The notes under the pieces were generated by a model. It was not told the DNA's origin. It saw only the letters and a program-made list of their open reading frames with translations, and did not search any database. A stretch of DNA of 64,000 bases, from the NCBI GenBank assembly GCA_039589315.1, contig JBDHHQ010000018.1, positions 17,705 through 81,704 of the forward strand. The letters are read 5' to 3'. The position numbers and the translations under genes are program-made. Source of the stretch: Gemmatimonadota bacterium. Lineage in GTDB: Bacteria > Gemmatimonadota > Gemmatimonadetes > Longimicrobiales > Gaopeijiaceae. Below, in pieces: positions 1 through 9,321 of this stretch. Position 1 is the first letter of the stretch. Every line of letters starts with the position of its first letter.

Positions 1-435
1 GGCGCGTTCCTCAACGGCCAGCCGATCAGAGTCTCGACCCAGCGTGAGCTCCGAGGCGCCCTCATTGGGACGGGGTTCCCGTTCAAGAGTCTCCCTCTGC
101 TTCCGCGCTACTTGCAGCAGATGGACAACGTGCTCCGCAACACGGCGGGGATTCGACGATTGGGATCGGCCGCTCTGGATCTCTGCTACCTGGCGACCGG
201 CAGACTGGACGCGTTCTGGGAGCTGCAGCTGGGCGCTTGGGACGTCGCGGCCGGACTCGTGATCGTCGAAGAAGCTGGGGGTATCGTGACCGACGTCGAC
301 GGCTGTGCGATCGAGCTCGTCGATTCCGGCTCCTACCTGGCGGCCAACTCGCCGACGCTGCATGAAGCCCTGCGCGGTCTCGTGAGGCAGGCCGACGTCG
401 CGGCCGATGCGCCTGAGGAGCCCGGTACGCAGTAG
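1..435 (+). CDS. suhB: Inositol monophosphatase family protein (5'-truncated by window edge)
   Basis: Frame 1 open from base 1: GAFLNG..TGFPF..GIRRLGSAALDLCYLATGRLDAFWE..WDVAAG motifs. Confidence 0.9.
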   Translation, partial: GAFLNGQPIRVSTQRELRGALIGTGFPFKSLPLLPRYLQQMDNVLRNTAGIRRLGSAALDLCYLATGRLDAFWELQLGAWDVAAGLVIVEEAGGIVTDVDGCAIELVDSGSYLAANSPTLHEALRGLVRQADVAADAPEEPGTQ

Positions 436-649
436 GCACGTTTGGAAGCACCGGCTCGTCCTCAGCCTTGCGGTCTGTCGCCGAAGGTCCGCAAGGTATT
501 GTCTCGTGGCTCTTGCCTATCGGCCGGGCTTTGCACCTTTGCGAGCCAGGACGCGTGGGTTACCAAGACCGGCGCTCTACGCTCGCTGGCGCCCTGGCCG
601 CCGCCCACTCTCTGGCGGACCCCGACCCTCCTCAATCAGGAACGAACCA

Positions 650-1132
650 ATGAGCAACCGCACCCTACGTGACCTGCACCTCCGCCTCGACGGCCTCGAG
701 CGCTCCAACCGCAGGTGGAAGGGGGCGGCCCTGATAGGACTGGCAATGTTGACGCTCGGCTGGGCGCTGCCGGCCGAGGACATCGTCCGCGCGGAGGCGT
801 TCGAGCTCATAGACCCGCAGGGGAACGTCAGGGCAGAGCTCATGCTCGAGGACTCGAACCCGGAGCTGCATCTCCTCGACGAAGACGGCGTTCGGCGGGC
901 CTCGCTCGTCCACGACGCTCAGCAGACGGGCCTGTTCCTTCAGGACGCCGAAGGGGACACGAGGGTTGGGGCCGCCCACTTCGCCCACGGCGGCGGTGGG
1001 TACGCCCTGCACGGACCCGGTGGCGAAGGCGCGCTCGTGCTCTATCTCAGGGAGACAGGCACGCTGACCCACTACGGTCCGGACGGGGAGGTGGTGGCCC
1101 GGTTTCCGGAGCGTGGCGAGGCCGGCCGCTAG
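650..1132 (+). CDS. Hypothetical membrane-anchored protein
   Basis: ATG at 650 after AGGA; short coiled-coil (LDGLERSNRRWK), one hydrophobic segment, then repeated L-x-D-x-x-G-x-x-R beta-hairpin-like units. Confidence 0.65.
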   Translation: MSNRTLRDLHLRLDGLERSNRRWKGAALIGLAMLTLGWALPAEDIVRAEAFELIDPQGNVRAELMLEDSNPELHLLDEDGVRRASLVHDAQQTGLFLQDAEGDTRVGAAHFAHGGGGYALHGPGGEGALVLYLRETGTLTHYGPDGEVVARFPERGEAGR

Positions 1133-1187
1133 TCGGTACGCGAAGGGGCGCGTAGGGCCTGCGCGGCGCCCAACCTGAGGGGTTGCC

Positions 1188-1220
1188 AAAACGGCCCGGG
1201 AGGAAGCTCCCCCCGGGCCG
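1188..1220 (-). terminator. Intrinsic terminator of Hsp20 gene
   Basis: Minus strand reads CGGCCCGGG-GGGAGCTTCCT-CCCGGGCCG-TTTT, 30 nt after the Hsp20 stop. Confidence 0.8.
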
Positions 1221-1249
1221 CCGCGCTGAGCCGCATCCGAGCCGAGTGA

Positions 1250-1711
1250 CTAGGCCTTCTTGCCGATGGAGATCTTCCTGCCCTTCGCCTCGGGCACCTT
1301 CGGCATGTGCACCGTCAGGATGCCGTTCTCGAAGACGGCGTTGATGTCCGTGGGCTTGACGGTCCGAGGCACCGTGAAGCTGCGCTGGAACGATCCGTAC
1401 CGCCGCTCCCAGAGGTGATAGCGGCTGTCGTCGTCGCCTTCCTCCCGCTCCTCGCGCTTTTCGCCCCGGATCGTGAGGATGTTGTTCTCCAACTCGATCT
1501 CGACGTCGTCATGACCGAGCCCCGGGAGCTCCGCGGTGAGGACGACCTCGTCCTTCTTCTCCTCGACGTTCACGGCCGGCATCCATCCCTTGTGGGTCGG
1601 CGCCAGGAACCAGCTGTCGTCGAGGGTCCTTCCGAGCCGGGACGTCAGCTCGTCCAAATCACGCCAGGGATTCGCCAGCGACTTGCCTCGGGTGTACCGT
1701 GTGATTGCCAT
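1250..1711 (-). CDS. Hsp20/alpha-crystallin small heat-shock protein
   Basis: PAVNVEE..AELPG..ERRYGSFQRSF..A.FENGILTVHMPK..GRKISI; GGAGG RBS before ATG 1711. Confidence 0.95.
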   Translation of the reverse strand: MAITRYTRGKSLANPWRDLDELTSRLGRTLDDSWFLAPTHKGWMPAVNVEEKKDEVVLTAELPGLGHDDVEIELENNILTIRGEKREEREEGDDDSRYHLWERRYGSFQRSFTVPRTVKPTDINAVFENGILTVHMPKVPEAKGRKISIGKKA

Positions 1712-1826
1712 GATTCTCCCCTCCGTTCGGGTAAGGCATCGATGTTGCGCTCTACGATGGTCAGGCGCTTCGTCGCACCGTGTTCGGGCACGTGACCCGA
1801 GGGGCGACCGCTGCCCCACTGTCGCG

Positions 1827-1842
1827 TGCATGCAGCGTGCCA
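1827..1842 (-). promoter_or_regulatory. Putative sigma-54 (-24/-12) promoter for Hsp20
   Basis: Minus strand TGGCACGCTGCATGCA: GG-N10-GC spacing, one mismatch to TGGCACG-N4-TTGCW. Confidence 0.6.
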
Positions 1843-2032
1843 CTCGAATTCGGGTGAAACTCTGCCAAAATGATGGTGTCAAAGAGCTTATGATACAGAA
1901 CGGACTGCCATTCAGGCTCCCCGTACGTCATTTCGACAAGGGTTCTGCCGGAGAGACGGGCACACCGGCCGCCACCCTGGCGAGGGCGAGGCCGTGCCGT
2001 TCCGCTACAGCCCTGACTCGGAGGTCCGAATC

Positions 2033-3106
2033 ATGATGAACCGGGTGCCCGAGCCCATCGAGGTGGGCGTGCTCGGTGCTACGGGAACCGTCGGCAGCCT
2101 GCTGGTTCGGATGCTGGATGGGCACCCGTGGTTTCGGCTGAGGGAAGTCGGGGCCTCGCCTGCTTCGGCGGGGATGCCCCTGGGTGACCGAACGCCCGCG
2201 GATTCGCTGGGGCCGCTGTCGATGGAGGCGTCCGGACTGGTTCTCAAGGCCCTGGACGACGAGTGGTCGTCGCCGCTGCTTCTTTCTGCGCTGCCCTCGA
2301 GCGCAGCTCGTCCAATCGAGGCGCTGCTGGCCGAGCGGGGACACCTCGTGGTCAGCAACGCCTCGGCGTACCGGCAGGACCCGGTGGTCCCACTGATCAT
2401 CCCGGAGGTCAACCCCGACCACCTGCGACTGCTCGAGGCGCAGGCGGACCGGTGGCCCGGCGGCATCGTCACCAACCCCAACTGTGTCACCGCCGGGTTG
2501 GCGACGGCCCTGGCCCCACTCCACCGGGCTTTTGGCCTGGAGACGGTCATCGCCACGTCCATGCAGGCCATCTCGGGAGCTGGTCGGCCCGGACCCGCGG
2601 CGGCGGAGCTCACGGACAACGTGATCCCGTTCATCGCCGACGAGGAAGAGAAGATCGCCGAGGAGTCCCAGAAGATCCTCGGCCACCGGAATCCTGACCG
2701 TATCGTGCATGGCGACTTCGTCGTCTCCGCCCATGCGAACCGAGTCCCGGTCCTCCATGGGCACCTCGTGGCGGTCTCGGCGTCGTTCCGGAACGGGGCC
2801 AGCCCCGAAGACGTCGAGGCGGCGTTCACGTCGTTCGAGCCACCCGAGGAGGCCCGAGGACTGCCCAGCGCGCCGGAGCGGCCCATCGAGCTGATTCCGG
2901 GCAATGCCCGGCCCCAGCCGCGCCTCGATCGGGACCGGGGCCAAGGTATGGTCGTGACAGTGGGAAGGGTGCGCCCATGCCCTGCGCTTCACGTACGCTT
3001 CCTCGTGCTTGCCCACAACCTGATCCGGGGCGCTGCCGGTGCGGCGCTCCTGAACGCAGAGCTCTGTCACGCCGTTGGCGTGACCTCCCGGATGTTGGCC
3101 CGATGA
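2033..3106 (+). CDS. asd: Aspartate-semialdehyde dehydrogenase
   Basis: GVLGATGTVG, SNASAYR, NPNC (catalytic Cys), MQAISGAG, RVPVLHGH, HNLIRGAAG; GGAGG RBS. Confidence 0.95.
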   Translation: MMNRVPEPIEVGVLGATGTVGSLLVRMLDGHPWFRLREVGASPASAGMPLGDRTPADSLGPLSMEASGLVLKALDDEWSSPLLLSALPSSAARPIEALLAERGHLVVSNASAYRQDPVVPLIIPEVNPDHLRLLEAQADRWPGGIVTNPNCVTAGLATALAPLHRAFGLETVIATSMQAISGAGRPGPAAAELTDNVIPFIADEEEKIAEESQKILGHRNPDRIVHGDFVVSAHANRVPVLHGHLVAVSASFRNGASPEDVEAAFTSFEPPEEARGLPSAPERPIELIPGNARPQPRLDRDRGQGMVVTVGRVRPCPALHVRFLVLAHNLIRGAAGAALLNAELCHAVGVTSRMLAR

Positions 3107-4635
3107 CACCCTGGCCCACGGAGGTCGTGGAGGGCGGCACGCCGGTGGAGCGGCCCAGGCCGGCTCCGGCGAGCGACGCTCTCGGGGCGGCCGTGATCGT
3201 TCACAAGTTCGGCGGCACGTCACTGGCGGACGCGCAACGCATCGGTCACGCCGCCGACCTCGTGGCCGCCGGGCCAGCGCAGGCCGTCGTGGTCGTGTCC
3301 GCCACCGCCGGAACGACCGACCAGCTCGCCGCCCTGATCGGTTGCCACCAGAGTGGCGACACGGACGGGATCCGAGCCGCCGTGGAGCACTTGCGCGACC
3401 GGCACCTGGGGGCGGCGCGGGCTCTGACCCCCGGCCTCGAAGACCTGCTGGCGGTGGAGGCTCGGACCGATCAGGTCCTGACCCGTCTGGAGGGTGTCCT
3501 CACGGCACCGGCCGCGGCCACAGGAGCGGCCGATCCGGTGCTCCACGCTCGCCTCGCCGACGAGGTGACCTCGGCGGGAGAGGATCTATCGGCGGAGCTC
3601 ATGGCCGCCGCCCTCGACGCGCGGGGCCGTCCGGCTCGGGTGGTCGACGCACGGACGCTGATTCGGAGCGATACCCGCTTCGGTCATGCCAGTCCGTTGG
3701 AAGACATCACGCAGCAGCAGATCAAGGACGCCATCGAGCCGCTGCTCGCCGAGGGCGTAGTGCCGGTGATCCAGGGCTTCGTGGCCGCCACCGTGAGCGG
3801 GGTGACCACCACGCTGGGTCGGGGCGGCTCCGACCTCACCGCAGCGATCCTGGGGTCGTCCCTCGGCGCGACGGAAGTCTGGATCTGGACCGACGTCGAC
3901 GGCATGCTATCGGCGGATCCCCGGGCCGTGGCCGGAGCACGGCACATCGCAGAGATCGGGTTCGAGGAGGCCGTGGAGCTGGCCTATTTCGGGGCCAAGG
4001 TCATCCACCCCAGGGCAGCCCAGTGGGCGGTGTCCCATGGCCTGTCGCTCCGGATCCGTAACTCGTTCGATCCAGGTGGGCGGGAGACCCGGATCCGGTG
4101 GGACCGCAGGGGCTCGCCGGAGGTGGCCGCGGTGGCGTACAAGCCCGGCGTCATCCTCATCAAGGTCCGAGCTCACGCCGCCTCGTTGCCCTACGGCTTC
4201 CTGGCGCGGGTGTTCGAGGTGCTCGCCCGACACGAGCTCCCGGTGGACCTGGTGGCTACCTCCCATTCGTCGACGGCTTTCACCATCGACGAGGACGAGG
4301 AAGTGACCCAGGTGGGCGTGGAGCTCAACGAGTTCGCGGACGTCGAAGTCGTACGCAGGTTGGCCACGGTCACCGTGGTCGGCCATGGACTCCTGCAGGA
4401 GCCGGGCGTGAGCGGACGCATGTTCGAGGCCGTGGGAAGCACGCCCATCCATCTGATCAGCCAGGCGTCGGACGTGAGCGTGAGCTTCCTCGTGGACCAG
4501 GAACGGGCACCCGCCGTGGTGCAGCGCATCCACGACCGCCTCGTCGAGAGGCGGAGCCCGGAGCAGCCGTCGCTGGACCCGTCGAGGCCACCAGACCCGT
4601 CGGTGCGGGCCTTGGCCAGGGATCCCTCGCCGTGA
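3103..4635 (+). CDS. lysC: Aspartate kinase
   Basis: KFGGTS, VVVSA, TTLGRGGSD, WTDVDG, C-terminal ACT-like repeats; ATGA overlap with asd (start could be slightly downstream). Confidence 0.93.
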   Translation: MTPWPTEVVEGGTPVERPRPAPASDALGAAVIVHKFGGTSLADAQRIGHAADLVAAGPAQAVVVVSATAGTTDQLAALIGCHQSGDTDGIRAAVEHLRDRHLGAARALTPGLEDLLAVEARTDQVLTRLEGVLTAPAAATGAADPVLHARLADEVTSAGEDLSAELMAAALDARGRPARVVDARTLIRSDTRFGHASPLEDITQQQIKDAIEPLLAEGVVPVIQGFVAATVSGVTTTLGRGGSDLTAAILGSSLGATEVWIWTDVDGMLSADPRAVAGARHIAEIGFEEAVELAYFGAKVIHPRAAQWAVSHGLSLRIRNSFDPGGRETRIRWDRRGSPEVAAVAYKPGVILIKVRAHAASLPYGFLARVFEVLARHELPVDLVATSHSSTAFTIDEDEEVTQVGVELNEFADVEVVRRLATVTVVGHGLLQEPGVSGRMFEAVGSTPIHLISQASDVSVSFLVDQERAPAVVQRIHDRLVERRSPEQPSLDPSRPPDPSVRALARDPSP

Positions 4636-5387
4636 ACCTGGCGCTGATGGGTTGCGGCCGAATGGGCAAGGTCGTCGAGGCGCTCGCGCCGCGGCTGGAC
4701 CACACGGTGGTGGCGTGGGTCGACTCCACGAGCCACCGGGAGGGGCTCGGCGTGGCCGCCATGCTCGCTTCCGGCGCCGAGGTGGCCATCGACTTCACGA
4801 CCGCGGACGCGGTGGTGGAAAACGTGCGGGCGGCCACGGGCGTCGGACTCGACGTGGTGGTGGGCACGACCGGGTGGTACGACCGTCTCGCCGAGGTGGA
4901 GGGTATCGTCGAAGCCTCTGGCAGGGGACTGATCTACGCGCCCAACTTCTCGTTGGGCGTGCAGCTTTTCGCCCGCCTTGCACGCCATGCCGCTCGGCTG
5001 GCCGAGAGGGCCGGAGACTACGACGTGCACGTGAGCGAGGCGCATCACCGCCACAAGGCGGATCATCCCAGCGGCACCGCCGTTCGGTTGGCCCAGGGGC
5101 TCGTCGACGAGCTCTCCGGGAAGGACCGGTGGTCCGCCGGCCTTCCGGAAGGCCCCGTGGACCCGTCAGTGCTCCAGGTCTCGGTCGTCCGGGCGGGTGA
5201 GGAGCCCGGCACGCACACGGTGGGACTGGACGGCCCCGACGATCGTATCGAGCTCCGGCACCGCGCCCGGGACAGAGCTGGCTTCGCCCGTGGCGCGCTG
5301 GCGGCGGCAGAGTGGATCCGGGGGCGGCCGGGCCTCTACACCCTGGACCACATGATGGCTGAGCGTTTCGGCCCTGAAGGAGGATGA
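4632..5387 (+). CDS. dapB: 4-hydroxy-tetrahydrodipicolinate reductase
   Basis: G.GRMG, IDFT, VVGTTG, APNFSLG, EAHHRHKADHPSGTA, R.GFARGAL; GTGA overlap. Confidence 0.93.
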   Translation: MNLALMGCGRMGKVVEALAPRLDHTVVAWVDSTSHREGLGVAAMLASGAEVAIDFTTADAVVENVRAATGVGLDVVVGTTGWYDRLAEVEGIVEASGRGLIYAPNFSLGVQLFARLARHAARLAERAGDYDVHVSEAHHRHKADHPSGTAVRLAQGLVDELSGKDRWSAGLPEGPVDPSVLQVSVVRAGEEPGTHTVGLDGPDDRIELRHRARDRAGFARGALAAAEWIRGRPGLYTLDHMMAERFGPEGG

Positions 5388-6280
5388 CCATGGCGGCAGG
5401 GCGCTGGAGGGGCCTGGGCGTGGCGCTCGTGACTCCATTTCACGAGGACGGGTCTCCGGATCTGGAGGGCTTCGCGCAACACGTCGAGTTCCAGATCGAG
5501 GGGGGCGTAGACTTCCTGGTTCCGTGCGGGACGACCGGCGAGAGCGCCACGCTGGATGACGCCGAGCAGCGGGCGGTCATCGAGGCGGCGGTTGCCGCGG
5601 CGGCTGGCCGGGTCCCGGTGATGGCAGGAGCGGGGACCAACGATACCGAGCACGCGACCCGGCTGGCCCGGAGCGCGCGAGCCGCGGGCGCCGACGGAGT
5701 GCTGTCGGTGAGCCCGTACTACAACAAGCCCTCGCCCGAAGGCCTGTTCCGCCATTATGAGGCGGTGGCGGAAGCGGCCGAGATCCCCCTCGTCGTGTAC
5801 AACGTGCCGGGCAGGACTGGCGGCAACATCGACCCGGCCACGCTCTTTCGCATCGCCGAGATCGAGAACGTCGTGGGCGTGAAGGAGGCGTCGGGGAATC
5901 TCGAGCAGATCATGACCGTCCTCCAGGGGCGACCCGACGGGCTTGTCGTCCTCTCCGGCGACGACGCGCTGACGCTTCCCATCGTGGCCGCCGGAGGCGA
6001 CGGTGTGATCTCGGTCGTCTCCAACGAAGCGCCGGACCTCATGTCGGCCCTGGTGTCCTCGGCACTGGCCGGAGACATTGCCGCGGCCCGTCAGGCGCAC
6101 TACCGCCTCTACCCCCTGATGAAGGCGAACTTCGTCGAGACGAACCCCGTGCCCGTGAAGACGGCGCTCCAGATGATGGGGCGCATGGACGCCCGCTTCC
6201 GCTTGCCGCTGGCTCCCATGACGGAGACGAATGCGGACGCGTTGGAGGACGCGCTCGTGGCGGCGGGGCTTCTGGAATGA
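5384..6280 (+). CDS. dapA: 4-hydroxy-tetrahydrodipicolinate synthase
   Basis: ALVTPF, GTTGES, PYYNKP, YNVPGRT, GVKEAS, SGDD, NPVPVK. Confidence 0.96.
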   Translation: MTMAAGRWRGLGVALVTPFHEDGSPDLEGFAQHVEFQIEGGVDFLVPCGTTGESATLDDAEQRAVIEAAVAAAAGRVPVMAGAGTNDTEHATRLARSARAAGADGVLSVSPYYNKPSPEGLFRHYEAVAEAAEIPLVVYNVPGRTGGNIDPATLFRIAEIENVVGVKEASGNLEQIMTVLQGRPDGLVVLSGDDALTLPIVAAGGDGVISVVSNEAPDLMSALVSSALAGDIAAARQAHYRLYPLMKANFVETNPVPVKTALQMMGRMDARFRLPLAPMTETNADALEDALVAAGLLE

Positions 6281-6346
6281 CGGGGCCGGCTGAGAGGGAG
6301 CTGTCTGAATGGCAATAGACGACTCGATAGCGGTGGGCCTCCCCGA

Positions 6347-7189
6347 ATGAGCGAGCTGGACGAGCTGCGCGCCGAGATCGAAGCACTCGCCGAAGAGGCC
6401 ACGCCTGTCGACGGTGACGCGGCCCGCAGCGCCGTCCGCCGCCTTCTGGACGCCCTCGAGACCGGTGCGATTCGCGCCGCCCGCAAGGGTCCTGACGGGT
6501 GGCAGGCCGTGGAGTGGGTCAAAGCCGGCATCCTGTTGGCGTTCCGGGTCGGTCGCACGCGCCGGTTCGCGGACCTCGGACCCGACTTCTTCGACCGCGA
6601 CACCCTCCCACTCCGAAAGACTCGGGGTGTGGAGGAGAACATCCGCATCGTCCCCGGCGGGACCACCGTGCGTGCGGGTGCCTACCTGGCGCCCAACGTG
6701 GTGATCATGCCGCCGGCCTACGTCAACGTGGGCGCCTGGGTGGGTGCGGGCACCATGGTGGACTCCCACGCACTGGTCGGGTCGTGCGCCCAGGTGGGCG
6801 AGCGGGTGCACCTGAGCGCCGGCGCACAGCTCGGTGGGGTGCTCGAGCCGGTGGGCATGCGCCCCGTGATCGTGGAGGACGACGTCATGGTCGGCGCCAA
6901 CACGGGCCTCTTCGAGGGGACGCTGGTCGAGACCCGGGCCGTCCTGGCTCCGGGCGTCAACCTGACCGCGTCGACGCCCCTATTCGACCTGGTGCGTGGC
7001 GAGATCCGGCGGGCGGGTCCGGCCAATCCGCTGACGGTGCCGGCCGGCGCGGTGGTCGTGCCCGGAACGCGGCCCGCGTCCAGCGACTTCGCCCGGGCCC
7101 ACGGGGTCGAGGTCTACGCGCCCGTGATCGTGAAGTACCGGGACGAGCGCACCGACGCGGCCACCGCCCTGGAGGAAGCGCTCCGGTAG
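6347..7189 (+). CDS. dapD: Tetrahydrodipicolinate N-succinyltransferase
   Basis: WVKAGILL.F, RIVPGG..VR.GAY, YVNVGA.V..GTMVDSH..VGSCAQVG, GGVLEP hexapeptide repeats. Confidence 0.93.
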   Translation: MSELDELRAEIEALAEEATPVDGDAARSAVRRLLDALETGAIRAARKGPDGWQAVEWVKAGILLAFRVGRTRRFADLGPDFFDRDTLPLRKTRGVEENIRIVPGGTTVRAGAYLAPNVVIMPPAYVNVGAWVGAGTMVDSHALVGSCAQVGERVHLSAGAQLGGVLEPVGMRPVIVEDDVMVGANTGLFEGTLVETRAVLAPGVNLTASTPLFDLVRGEIRRAGPANPLTVPAGAVVVPGTRPASSDFARAHGVEVYAPVIVKYRDERTDAATALEEALR

Positions 7190-7256
7190 CGGTGGCGCGT
7201 CGACAGTCCGAGGGCCGCCGAGACCGTCAGCCGATGCGTGGCCGGCAGGCCGCCCC

Positions 7257-7640
7257 TCAGGAGTCCGGTCTCGCCTCTATCGTGACCAGGGCGCCCGCCT
7301 CGGCCTCGGCGCCGCCGGAACGCGCCAGAGCGGTGATCTGGGCGGCGCCCGCGGAGACCCCGGTCACCAGCCCGCTCGAGCTCACCTCGGCGATCTCCGC
7401 GTTGCTCGTGGACCAGACGATCGACGCGCTTACGATCTCACTGCCGTCCGCCGCGAAGACGGTGGCCGTGAGCTGGGCGGTCTCTCCCTCCAGGATATTG
7501 CGTGTGAGCGGCGTCACGACCACTTGGGCCACGGGGGGTCCACTCACCACCAGGCCGCCCTCGTTCGAGCCGCCGCATCCGGCCAGGGTGACCAGCGCCA
7601 GGAGGGAGCCCGCGATGGGGCCTGCGAGGCGCTCCATCAT
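7257..7640 (-). CDS. Ig-like (Big_2-type) domain lipoprotein
   Basis: Lipobox LAGC; GETAQLTA..WSTSN.EIAEVSSSGLVTGV.AG.AQITA. Confidence 0.8.
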   Translation of the reverse strand: MMERLAGPIAGSLLALVTLAGCGGSNEGGLVVSGPPVAQVVVTPLTRNILEGETAQLTATVFAADGSEIVSASIVWSTSNAEIAEVSSSGLVTGVSAGAAQITALARSGGAEAEAGALVTIEARPDS

Positions 7641-7652
7641 GTCTCGTCTCCG

Positions 7653-9254
7653 TCAGGGGTAGTGGGCGACCGGGAGCACCACCGTGTTCTCGGCCACCGG
7701 CGACGTCTCCGGGTGATCGATGGTGTAGTGGAGGCCGCGGCTCTCCTTGCGGCGCCTCGCGCTCTGCACGATCAGCCACGCCACCTGGACCAGATTCCGG
7801 AGCTCCAGAAGGTCCTTGTTGGGGATCACACCCCAGTAGTACTCCTGCACCTCCTGTGCCAGGTTCGCGATCCGCCGCTCCGCCCGCTCCAGCCGCCTGT
7901 CGCTCCGAACGATGCCCACGTAGTTGCTCATCACGCGTCGCACCTCGTCCCAGTTGTGCGCCACGATGATCTGCTCGTCCGGGGGCACGGCGTCGCCGTA
8001 TTCCCAGTCGAGTCGGCCGTCCTCGGGCACGGCAGGGACCCGGAGCTCCCCCGCCAGGACGTCGTCCGCCGCGAAAGCGCCGAAGGCCAAACACTCCAGA
8101 AGGCTGTTGGACGCCATCCGGTTTGCGCCGTGAAAGCCGGTGAAGGCCACCTCGCCGATGGCGTACAGCCCAGGGAGGTCCGTGCGTCCGTTCTCGTCCG
8201 CCCACACGCCGCCGCACTGGTAGTGTGCCGCGGGCACCACCGGGACCGGCTCGTTCACCAGGTCGAAGCCGTAGCGGGCACAGGCGTCCACGAGGGTGGG
8301 AAAGCGGTCGCGGATTATCGACCGGGGCTTGTGGCTGATGTCCAGGTATACGCAGTCGGAGCCGCTCCGCTTGATCTCGGCGTCGATGGCACGGGCCACG
8401 ATGTCCCTCGGCGCGAGCTCCGCCATCTCGTGCACGTCCTCCATGAAGCGGCGCCCGTCCTCGCCCAACAGCACGCCTCCTTCTCCGCGGACGGCTTCGG
8501 ATATGAGGAAGCTCTTCGCCTCCGGATGATAGAGGCACGTCGGATGGAACTGGGTGAACTCCATGTTCACCACCGAGCAGCCCGCCCGGTACGCCATGGC
8601 CACGCCGTCGCCGGTCGCGACGTCGGGGTTGGAGGTGTAGAGGTAGACCTTGCCCGAGCCGCCCGTGGCCAGGATCGTCACGGACGCGAGGAGGGGCTCG
8701 ATGAGATTGGTGCCGGTATCCAACAGGTAGGCCCCGAGACAGCGGTCCTCCCGCTGTTTGAACCGCCGCCGGGCAGTGATCAGGTCGACGGCCATGCTGT
8801 GCTCGATCAGCCGGATGCCCGGATGCTCCCGGGCCCGCTCGAGGAGCACGCGCCCGATGCCGGGCCCCGTCATGTCTCCCACGTGGAGCACCCGCCGCAG
8901 CCCGTGGCCACCCTCCCGGCCCAGGTCGTACTCGCCTTGGTCCTGTCGGTCGAACTCGACGCCCCAGGCCTCGAGATCGAAAACGAGCCCGGGAGCGGCC
9001 TCCACGACCCTGCGCGCGACCTGCGCGTTCACCAGGCCGGCCCCAGCAGCCTCGGTGTCGGAGATGTGCCGCTCGAAGGAGTCCTCCGACGTCACCACGG
9101 CGGCGATCCCGCCCTGGGCCCACCACGTGTTGCTGGCCGGGAATTCGGTCTTGGTGACCACCGTGACCTGCTGGCGACCGGCCACCCGCAGGGCGAGGCT
9201 GAGGCCGGCCAGGCCGCCGCCCAGCACCAGGACGTCGGTGCGCTCGAAGCTCAT
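7653..9254 (-). CDS. nadB: L-aspartate oxidase
   Basis: GGGLAGL, SNT.WAQGGI, EGGH, QFHPT, ISEAVRGEG, AHYQCGG, HGANRMASNSLLE, RKESRGLH. Confidence 0.96.
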   Translation of the reverse strand: MSFERTDVLVLGGGLAGLSLALRVAGRQQVTVVTKTEFPASNTWWAQGGIAAVVTSEDSFERHISDTEAAGAGLVNAQVARRVVEAAPGLVFDLEAWGVEFDRQDQGEYDLGREGGHGLRRVLHVGDMTGPGIGRVLLERAREHPGIRLIEHSMAVDLITARRRFKQREDRCLGAYLLDTGTNLIEPLLASVTILATGGSGKVYLYTSNPDVATGDGVAMAYRAGCSVVNMEFTQFHPTCLYHPEAKSFLISEAVRGEGGVLLGEDGRRFMEDVHEMAELAPRDIVARAIDAEIKRSGSDCVYLDISHKPRSIIRDRFPTLVDACARYGFDLVNEPVPVVPAAHYQCGGVWADENGRTDLPGLYAIGEVAFTGFHGANRMASNSLLECLAFGAFAADDVLAGELRVPAVPEDGRLDWEYGDAVPPDEQIIVAHNWDEVRRVMSNYVGIVRSDRRLERAERRIANLAQEVQEYYWGVIPNKDLLELRNLVQVAWLIVQSARRRKESRGLHYTIDHPETSPVAENTVVLPVAHYP

Positions 9255-9321
9255 AGGTCGGGGCTGTCGGTTGGGGTGGGCCGGGGGCTGAGCCCCCGGA
9301 GCGGTCGCAGCGAGTACCCCC

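Noticed and set aside
1712..2032. Lysine riboswitch upstream of asd
   Set aside because: No recognisable L-box core or expression-platform terminator seen by eye; an Rfam scan would settle it.
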